DNA of 25,220 nucleotides. It comes from a virus. Taxonomy: Duplodnaviria > Caudoviricetes. Of this stretch, positions 7,105 to 14,013 are shown in pieces; position 1 is the stretch's first letter, and every line of letters starts with the position of its first letter. Where the stretch lies: positions 1 to 25,220 of IMG/VR virus record IMGVR_UViG_3300027693_000024. The stretch is one strand, 5' to 3'. The position numbers and the translations under genes were made by a program. The notes below the pieces were generated by a model. That model was not told the origin of the DNA and searched no databases. It worked only from the letters and a program-made list of their open reading frames with translations.

Positions 7105-7819
7105 TTCAGAGTCTGGGCATTGGTATGCAGCAGACGGTAGCCCAGCTTACCGGATCATTGGTAAGAATGGCAAAGAACGCAATACAACGGTCAAGGATGC
7201 TAGAGAACTTGGGTTAAAACCAAGTGTGACCACAATCTTAGGGCTTATTGCAAAGCCTGGGCTTAACACTTGGTTGCAAACTCAAGTATTACTAGCCGCT
7301 TTGACATTGCCCAGGCGTGAGAACGAATCCGAGGAATCTTGGCTAGAACGGGTAATGACCGATTCCAAGTCTACCGGACGGGACGCTATGGATCGTGGCA
7401 CTCAGATGCACGGGGTGCTTGAGCAATTCTATAGCGGTCAAGATGCTGACTATCCAATTTATGTTGCCGAAGTAGACAAGGCCATCACAGAACACTTTGG
7501 AACGCAGGAATGGACAGCTGAAGCGTCTTTTGCACATCCGCAAGGGTTTGGTGGCAAAGTTGATTTAAGCGGCTCTAACATCGTTATAGACTTTAAAAGC
7601 AAAGACAATCTCGACAAGGTTGCGCCGTACTTTGAGCAGATCATGCAACTGGCAGCATACCGTGTCGGACTTGGCAAACCAACAGCTCGGTGCGCTAATG
7701 TCTTTTTTACGGCCAATGGTGATGTAAAAGTCATTGAGCATAGCGAGGATGATCTAGACAAAGCCTGGCTTTGTTTTGAATGTTTATTGTTGTTTTACAC
7801 AATTAAAAACAACCTATAA
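7085..7819 (+). CDS. PD-(D/E)XK-superfamily exonuclease
   Basis: PSVTTIL, RGT.MH..LE, E...GGKVDL...IDFKS and QLAAY motifs. Lies beside erf/ssb. Confidence 0.8.
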   Translation: MIIKTVDSESGHWYAADGSPAYRIIGKNGKERNTTVKDARELGLKPSVTTILGLIAKPGLNTWLQTQVLLAALTLPRRENESEESWLERVMTDSKSTGRDAMDRGTQMHGVLEQFYSGQDADYPIYVAEVDKAITEHFGTQEWTAEASFAHPQGFGGKVDLSGSNIVIDFKSKDNLDKVAPYFEQIMQLAAYRVGLGKPTARCANVFFTANGDVKVIEHSEDDLDKAWLCFECLLLFYTIKNNL

Positions 7820-7824
7820 TGAAT

Positions 7825-7873
7825 TGCGGGGAAAGCTAGTGTCCCTCCACTCCTTGTTCGGCGAGTACCCGCA
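7825..7873 (+). ncRNA. Candidate small RNA hairpin with loop-E (GAAA/GAGUA) motif and C/U-rich loop
   Basis: UGCGGG/CCCGCA stem, internal loop GAAA/GAGUA, GCU/GGC stem. Perfect TATAAT at 7815-7820 just upstream. Confidence 0.5.
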
Positions 7874-7919
7874 CCCCAACAAAAATACAACACTTAGGGA
7901 AAACACCTATCAATATTGC

Positions 7920-7948
7920 TTGATTGTATTGTTAAGACAACTTAATAT
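7920..7948 (+). promoter_or_regulatory. Second rightward sigma70 promoter with operator in the spacer
   Basis: TTGATT-17 bp-TAATAT. Operator TGTTAAG-ACAA-CTTAATA at 7930-7947. Confidence 0.7.
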
Positions 7949-7991
7949 CTAGTCATGGCAACAACGCCATTAATTACATACAGGTGCATAA

Positions 7992-8231
7992 ATGAGCGAA
8001 TACGATGATGAGCGTTTTAATCTAAACATTCAAGACGCTAATGACGTAATGAATGTGATCCAGTTCCACGGCATCGACAAAGACGGGCTTGATTGGTTGA
8101 GTTGGTACAAGCGCATCGCATCTGGTGACGCACTTCACAACATCGTTATGATTCTTGTGCGTAACAGACACGACCCAAAGTACAAAGAGCTTGTTTGTGA
8201 ACTTGAAGATGAAATCGAGGGGTGGCTATGA
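7992..8231 (+). CDS. Small acidic hypothetical protein
   Basis: 79 aa, first gene after the promoter, ACAGGTGC RBS motif. Confidence 0.75.
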   Translation: MSEYDDERFNLNIQDANDVMNVIQFHGIDKDGLDWLSWYKRIASGDALHNIVMILVRNRHDPKYKELVCELEDEIEGWL

Positions 8232-8350
8232 AATACCTAAAATACAAACCTGAAGATCAACGCATCCCGTTTGAGGGTTATGTGCTTGGCGCAATCGTGT
8301 TGTTTGCTGTATTCGGTTTTCTTCCACTTATGTACTGGATTACAAAATGA
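8228..8350 (+). CDS. 40-aa single-pass membrane peptide (MKYLKYKPEDQRIPFEGYVLGAIVLFAVFGFLPLMYWITK)
   Basis: Hand-translated. ATGA overlaps at both ends, GAGG SD, about 20-aa hydrophobic stretch. Confidence 0.7.
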   Translation: MKYLKYKPEDQRIPFEGYVLGAIVLFAVFGFLPLMYWITK

Positions 8351-8547
8351 GCAAAACAGATCAAGTGCTTATGCACCTTAAAAAGAAACCAATCACCAGT
8401 TGGGAAGCTATTAACCTTTACCGTGCGACACGGCTTGCCGACATTGTGTTTAAACTAAAGCAAAGAGGCCACAACATTGTGACCTGGATGATAGATGATG
8501 GTGAAGTGCGTTTTGCTCGATACTATTTAATAAAGGAAAAGAAATGA
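8347..8547 (+). CDS. Small winged-HTH DNA-binding protein
   Basis: ITSWEAI..Y..TRLA.IV..LK..GH.I...ARY.L pattern typical of phage HTH proteins. Confidence 0.8.
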   Translation: MSKTDQVLMHLKKKPITSWEAINLYRATRLADIVFKLKQRGHNIVTWMIDDGEVRFARYYLIKEKK

Positions 8548-8696
8548 GCTACGAACTGACAGAGCAACCTAAGTTGCCATGCCCGTTGATTGACAATCCT
8601 GAATGGAAGTATATCCCAGCAGCATCCACCAACATTGCTGAAACCTTTAAGCGTTTTGGCTTTGTCCCACCAAGCACACTAAAGGAAAACAAATGA
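8544..8696 (+). CDS. 50-aa hypothetical protein (…WKYIPAASTNIAETFKRFGFVPPS…)
   Basis: Hand-translated. AAGGA SD and ATGA overlaps. Confidence 0.75.
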   Translation: MSYELTEQPKLPCPLIDNPEWKYIPAASTNIAETFKRFGFVPPSTLKENK

Positions 8697-8845
8697 AAAA
8701 ATATGCCATTGCAGTCGTATTGGCCCTGTCAGCAACAGCAGCGTATGCAGCTTGCACAACCAATACAATTATGTCTGGGGGACGCATGGTGATTTGCACC
8801 ACCTGTTGTTATTCGCCTGGTAATTGCACAACTACTTGTTTATAA
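8693..8845 (+). CDS. Secreted Cys-rich micro-protein (signal peptide plus 31-aa mature part with 6 Cys)
   Basis: MKKYAIAVVLALSATAAYA|ACTTNTIMSGGRMVICTTCCYSPGNCTTTCL. AAGGA SD, AxA cleavage motif, followed by a terminator. Confidence 0.8.
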   Translation: MKKYAIAVVLALSATAAYAACTTNTIMSGGRMVICTTCCYSPGNCTTTCL

Positions 8846-8847
8846 AT

Positions 8848-8871
8848 TAAAGCCCCGTAACTGGGGCTTTA
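8848..8871. terminator. Bidirectional intrinsic terminator between convergent operons
   Basis: TAAAGCCCC-GTAACT-GGGGCTTTA with A/T-rich flanks. Confidence 0.8.
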
Positions 8872-9480
8872 TTTTGAATAGTATTCAATTAACCGTGAGT
8901 ATCTCATTTGGCGGTCATCTAACCCGTTAGTGCCGCCATTAATACGCTTAGTCATTCCAAGCACATCTTGAGCGTCTGCTAGGCTATTTATCTTTCTAGT
9001 AGACCAGTACCACCCAGCAGACATTGCAGCCAACTCAGGCTGCTCAAGCAAGTCAGGCTCGACTAGCGAGTTATTGTCAGAAGCCATCGAAAAAGCTGCG
9101 TAACTATCTTTGCCAGTAAGCTGGATGAGTCCTCGACCACGGTACTGCCAACCATCCCCACTGGCTTCATCTTCGTTGCCCATTCGGTTTGCGTAGACCC
9201 TGTTTGCAATCTTTTCTGGTTTGTACTCATAATTTTTAGCGGAATCCGCATTGAAGTAATGAGGAAAAACCATTAACAACCGAGCTGCGCTGTAGTTAAA
9301 GTTTTCAACGGTGTATCTAAAACCACCTGATTCGTGACCGCATTGGCTTAAAAACCCTGCAATTCTCAATGCGGTATTTATCTCGTATTTTTCGCAAACT
9401 TGATTTAATGCGTCAATCCATTTGTCAGCCATGTCCTCAGAACAGGTCTTTGAATCAACCAACAAACTTTTTGTAATCAT
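8869..9480 (-). CDS. Endolysin, glycoside hydrolase family 19
   Basis: FLSQCGHESGGF, ANRVYANRMGN, GDGWQYRGRGLIQLTGK and TKRINGGTNGLDDR motifs. Confidence 0.93.
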   Translation of the reverse strand: MITKSLLVDSKTCSEDMADKWIDALNQVCEKYEINTALRIAGFLSQCGHESGGFRYTVENFNYSAARLLMVFPHYFNADSAKNYEYKPEKIANRVYANRMGNEDEASGDGWQYRGRGLIQLTGKDSYAAFSMASDNNSLVEPDLLEQPELAAMSAGWYWSTRKINSLADAQDVLGMTKRINGGTNGLDDRQMRYSRLIEYYSK

Positions 9481-9842
9481 TTCTTTTGTGCGTAAAACAG
9501 AGTCCGATCACCGAATAAGTAGAATCCAACAGCCGACGCAAAGTTGTTAACTGCTGCGCTATCTTGACCTGTCATCATCATAAATGACCATGTGCCAAGC
9601 ACCACCGCCGCCACGCCTGGGCGCATTAACCGAACGATTGCCTCTACCCAAGGGTAAGTCGTACCTGCGCCCCCAACGCTATTCATTGCCTTAAACATTT
9701 CAAGATCAATGCCACGCATTTGAACGTACTCACCGATATTGACGGGTTTATATACGTCAGTCTGAATGAATCGACCAATCAGGCTTTTGCCAAGATCAAC
9801 GGCAAGAGGGCCAAGAGCTGCGAGGATGGTTAGCGGGTCTAT
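9477..9842 (-). CDS. Holin-like membrane protein, probably initiated at ATA (121 aa, [M]DPLTILAALGPLAVDLGKSLIGRF...)
   Basis: The frame of ORF 9477..9719 stays open 41 codons upstream to ATA at 9842-9840, which overlaps the TAG of the previous gene. C-terminal MRP...TM...GFYLFGDRT resembles phage holin tails. Confidence 0.7.
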   Translation of the reverse strand: MDPLTILAALGPLAVDLGKSLIGRFIQTDVYKPVNIGEYVQMRGIDLEMFKAMNSVGGAGTTYPWVEAIVRLMRPGVAAVVLGTWSFMMMTGQDSAAVNNFASAVGFYLFGDRTLFYAQKK

Positions 9843-10063
9843 GATTTGTCTACCTTGTTGTCAAGTTTGTCAAAAATCTTGCCAAGCATAATTTTAATGT
9901 CATCAATATCACGATGATATTCTTCTTTGCTAATGTAAATCATTGGCATTTTACGCACATCATTATCAAGACGATCAATTGCTTTAGTTATGTTGTTTAA
10001 CACCCAGCCGCCAAAAAATGAAGCTAAACCGATTGCAATATTAAAAAGCATTTGTGAATCCAT
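9839..10063 (-). CDS. Small single-TM lysis-cassette protein (holin/antiholin-like)
   Basis: N-terminal TM (LFNIAIGLASFFGGWVL) plus a charged coiled tail. First gene of the lysis cassette. Confidence 0.65.
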   Translation of the reverse strand: MDSQMLFNIAIGLASFFGGWVLNNITKAIDRLDNDVRKMPMIYISKEEYHRDIDDIKIMLGKIFDKLDNKVDKS

Positions 10064-12340
10064 TTACTTTCTCTCTAATCGTTTCAAAACGTCTTGAATC
10101 GGTTGCAAACTTTCTTGACCTTTCCGAGCTGCTCTTGCAGCTGATTTGCTTTGCATAAATCTTTGTGCGCCTACTTTACCTAAACCTGCGCCTGTCATTG
10201 CGCTTGCACCAGCAACAGTAGGGCCAAAAGCAGCACCAGCAACATACCCCAAACCACCGCCAACTGCACTACCAAGTGATTGTGCTGTGCCGCTAATCAA
10301 CGGACTGTCGTACATATTTTTAAACTGGATTGCAGCACCTTTATAACCGTTATCCATTCGCAAAAAGTGTCCACCGTCATTTAAAACGGTTAATGATCTA
10401 GCCATTTGCGGATCACCAGTTAAGATACGCAGGGATCGATTGTTATCTTTGAGATACTTACTTACCGCTGGTGCGTTCCAAAATTCACCCTTGCCACCAA
10501 TTTCAGCAATCCGATTTGCAAACTGTGACTTAATCTCAGCAATAGCCTTTTGAGCTTGTGGCTGTAATTCAAGTGGCATATCTTGCAATACTTTAATTAA
10601 ATGCTGTTGATGATCCGGTGTCATCTTTTCAACTGTAGTTGGAATATCAGGAAAAGCTGTTGTGCGATTTATTGGCATTCGTGGATCGTAGTCCATAATT
10701 TTAGAAACGCCAGATGGGTTTTCTAATAAATCTGCTAATTTAATACGAAGCGCACGAGATGATTTATATATATCCTCGCCTGCAACTTTAGAAACATCAT
10801 CGTCGATTGCATTTTTTATTTCTGCAATAATATTAGATTTATCAGGAGTCCAACCTTTATTTAAATATTCTTTAAACCTTTCTAATTCTTCAACAGTAGT
10901 TGGTTTAAAACTGCCATCTTTATTTCTTAAGCCTAATTCTTTAAAATATTCTCTAGCACCGTTACGCAACGCTTTAAAATCATCATCTCTAACAAATTTA
11001 GAATTAATTTTTAAAAGTTTTTGAAATGCGTTTGTTTCAACAATTGGTTTACCTTGAGCTATTTCGTTTGCTGCTTTATACGAATCGTTAATTTGTTGTT
11101 TTAACAAAGCCTTAAAATCATCAAACGGCTGTGCAATAGACTGACCACGGTTGTACAAAGCGTTTTCGTCTAGCCCAATGCTGCCACCCGTCTTTTCAAC
11201 AATGCCGTTTGCATAGTTTCGCAACGCTTGTTGTTCGGTAGCAATCTGTTGATTGAATAAGTCTTTATTCGGGCCGCTAGTCTTTGCCGTAACGTATTCG
11301 TTAGCAGTCTGAAACCCGTCACCAGTTCGAGTGCCTTCACGAATTGTTGGAATACCCAATTCTTCAATAGTTTTGGTTCGATATAGCTGTTCTTCAACAG
11401 GCAATTTGCCCGTTTTGGCATACATTGGCTCAACAAAAGGATTGTCAATTGTCGGACGGGGTGTTGTCGCTGAAGTCGGTGCAATATTATCTTGCAACGG
11501 GCTTGTGATAAACGGTGTGTTAGTAGGAACGTCTGGCGTAGGTTTTATATAGGAAACCTCAATGCCTGGTGCTTTCGACACTACTAATTGACTTTCAGGT
11601 GTAACAACAGGCGCAACTTCAGGAGTCACAGCCGCTACCGTTTCAGGTGTAATTGCCCCCGCCATTTCGGGAGTCATTGACGGTTCAACTCGACCTCTAG
11701 CAGTTTGGGCTTGTTTAAATTGCTCTTGAACTTGAGTCACAGCGGGACTTACGCCCATACGACCTGCCAATGCTCGACTTGCCGCCACACCACCGCCAGC
11801 CGATAAGGTTTGCATCATGTTTTCAATATCAGCCGCAGGGTATCCGGTTTGCTGCGAAATCCATGCAGCACCTTTGCCCATGTTCGCACCGACGAAATCC
11901 ATGATCTGACGGGTTGCTTCGCCTTTGTACTGTGGCAATTCAGACACGCCCAATGCCTTGCCAAACGGGTCTACAAATGGCGCAGCAGCCGCTTGAGATG
12001 ATGTCGTAGCTTGCTCAGGAGTCGCACCAAATGCCCGTGATCCTGCGTAAGTAACAGGTGCAATGATGCCAGGTGCAACACCGCCCAAGGTTACATCTAG
12101 GAATGACGCAACAGGTGCAATTGCTCGTTGTACAACATTACCTTGCGGTGCTTGAACTGGTGGCGCACTTCCCGCTTGATACGGGATTTGGGCAAATTGC
12201 GCTTGCGCTTGTTGTGGTGTTAATGGCGCAACAGGTGGCGCAGACAATCCTTCTAAAAACTGTAATGCGGAATCAAAGCCGCCTTCACTTTTTGGCTTTT
12301 TTGTTCCTGATAAAAAATCTATCGAGCTTTGAAAATCCAT
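10064..12340 (-). CDS. Large internal virion/DNA ejection protein (P22 gp16 position)
   Basis: 758 aa, Ala/Gly-rich hydrophobic segments at both ends, third of three consecutive ejection-type genes. Confidence 0.65.
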   Translation of the reverse strand: MDFQSSIDFLSGTKKPKSEGGFDSALQFLEGLSAPPVAPLTPQQAQAQFAQIPYQAGSAPPVQAPQGNVVQRAIAPVASFLDVTLGGVAPGIIAPVTYAGSRAFGATPEQATTSSQAAAAPFVDPFGKALGVSELPQYKGEATRQIMDFVGANMGKGAAWISQQTGYPAADIENMMQTLSAGGGVAASRALAGRMGVSPAVTQVQEQFKQAQTARGRVEPSMTPEMAGAITPETVAAVTPEVAPVVTPESQLVVSKAPGIEVSYIKPTPDVPTNTPFITSPLQDNIAPTSATTPRPTIDNPFVEPMYAKTGKLPVEEQLYRTKTIEELGIPTIREGTRTGDGFQTANEYVTAKTSGPNKDLFNQQIATEQQALRNYANGIVEKTGGSIGLDENALYNRGQSIAQPFDDFKALLKQQINDSYKAANEIAQGKPIVETNAFQKLLKINSKFVRDDDFKALRNGAREYFKELGLRNKDGSFKPTTVEELERFKEYLNKGWTPDKSNIIAEIKNAIDDDVSKVAGEDIYKSSRALRIKLADLLENPSGVSKIMDYDPRMPINRTTAFPDIPTTVEKMTPDHQQHLIKVLQDMPLELQPQAQKAIAEIKSQFANRIAEIGGKGEFWNAPAVSKYLKDNNRSLRILTGDPQMARSLTVLNDGGHFLRMDNGYKGAAIQFKNMYDSPLISGTAQSLGSAVGGGLGYVAGAAFGPTVAGASAMTGAGLGKVGAQRFMQSKSAARAARKGQESLQPIQDVLKRLERK

Positions 12341-14004
12341 TATAGTTGTCCGGTTGTGGATAACTTTTGCAAGTTACGCAGTTTCGCAGCCATTTCCGCT
12401 TTTTGCTTGTCGTTCATGTTCTGGAACAACTTTGACCGTGCTGCCTGACGTTGTTCTGCACTCATCGAACTGTTTTCAATATTAACCAATTCAAACAATC
12501 TTGAGTCAGCATTTTTAGCCCATTGCTGACGGTAATCGTTTAGGTTAGCAGTGCCGAACTTACGGGCAAATTCCTGTGCGCCACGGGCTTGCATATCTAA
12601 GTTAGTCATATCAGCCATTGCACGGCGAGCAATATCTTTCAAAATAACTGGTGGGTAAGTTTCGTCACCGTTTGCCATTCTGGTTAATTGCTGACCCGCC
12701 ACGGTGTCCATCGAACCACCAGCCGCCTGAATGTTAGAAATGGCAACGTTAGCTAAGTCTTTATTCAACTGTTTAAGCGTAATGCCTGTTTCAGTACCAA
12801 AGAATTCGTTAAGTTTTCTTGCCCCTGCGCCCAAAAATCCAGCATTATCAACTTTCATCCCTAAAATGCTGAGATTCTTTTCAACTTTGTCGGCTTCGGA
12901 AATAACTTCCTCAAGATTTCGGCGGTTAGTAACCAAGTTTCCTTGATTCTTAATCAACGAATTACGGTACATATTGCCAGCGTTTTCGTCTGCAATTTCA
13001 GCAGGTAAACGTTGTGCAGCTTCACCCGCTTTGCGAACTGGATACGACAACTTAAAGCCTGGTGATGCCCCCGCAGGTTGTGCCATTTGATCCGCAGTCA
13101 CGCCTGCTTGTGGTGCAATTGGTGCGCCTTGTTGCCCAACTGTAGGTTGCACAGGGAAAGGTTGCGCTACTGTGCCAACCGTTCTATCAACTGGTTTTAC
13201 ACCAGGCTCATATTCCGGTGGCATTGCCTTGAAGTCAACCACAGCACCGGACGAATCACGCACCGCAGCATCAAAAACAACATTGCCTCTTGCGTCAACA
13301 ATCTGACCGTTTTCACCGAAGAATGTGCCAGGCTTGCCTGTTGGCTGACCTTTAGCATACATATCGCCACCTGGTGCGGCTGGTGCAGCTTGTGGTGCAG
13401 TAGGTGCGCCTTGTGCTTCGCCTTGGGGCGGTGCGGTAGGTGCGGCTGGCATGATAGGCGTTGTGCGTAATGCGCCTGTGCCTCGTTGAAATGTTGCAGG
13501 TGCGCCGCCAGCTTCGGTAAGTTCTGGGGTTTGCAATTGTTGCTGACCTGATGCGCCAAGACCGCCTTGAATGACGTTTTTAAGCGTTTGCAAGAACCCG
13601 CCAGGGTTAGACACTAGACTTGTAATCAACGGTGCTGTGTTGGCTTCTACAACGTGCGCTGGCACACCCTGAGCAAGCATCCGTGTTTTAGCTTGCAGAA
13701 TTGTATCCATCGCTGCCCGAGGATTTTTCCCTGCGTTAATGATCGAATCATCGTTTGCAAGGCCGCCAGCAATGTTTAATGCTAATTGTGATTGCTCATT
13801 ATTTAGCTTAAATATAGAGCTTTCTGCGCCTGTTGTTGCTTGTGATGCAAGTCCCTTTGCCATTTCAATTTGAGATGGCAAAGTTTCGGTTTCACGCTGT
13901 AAACCAACAGCCGCACGACCCAAATTCATTACGTCAGTAATTGGGGTAAGAATATTGGTTTGCGGCATTGGTCTTGCTTGCAACGCAATGGTGTTATCAG
14001 CCAT
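12340..14004 (-). CDS. Internal virion/DNA ejection protein (P22 gp20 position)
   Basis: 554 aa, helical and Q/A-rich with a Pro-rich linker. AAAGGA SD and synteny. Confidence 0.65.
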   Translation of the reverse strand: MADNTIALQARPMPQTNILTPITDVMNLGRAAVGLQRETETLPSQIEMAKGLASQATTGAESSIFKLNNEQSQLALNIAGGLANDDSIINAGKNPRAAMDTILQAKTRMLAQGVPAHVVEANTAPLITSLVSNPGGFLQTLKNVIQGGLGASGQQQLQTPELTEAGGAPATFQRGTGALRTTPIMPAAPTAPPQGEAQGAPTAPQAAPAAPGGDMYAKGQPTGKPGTFFGENGQIVDARGNVVFDAAVRDSSGAVVDFKAMPPEYEPGVKPVDRTVGTVAQPFPVQPTVGQQGAPIAPQAGVTADQMAQPAGASPGFKLSYPVRKAGEAAQRLPAEIADENAGNMYRNSLIKNQGNLVTNRRNLEEVISEADKVEKNLSILGMKVDNAGFLGAGARKLNEFFGTETGITLKQLNKDLANVAISNIQAAGGSMDTVAGQQLTRMANGDETYPPVILKDIARRAMADMTNLDMQARGAQEFARKFGTANLNDYRQQWAKNADSRLFELVNIENSSMSAEQRQAARSKLFQNMNDKQKAEMAAKLRNLQKLSTTGQL

Positions 14005-14013
14005 GATTATCCT

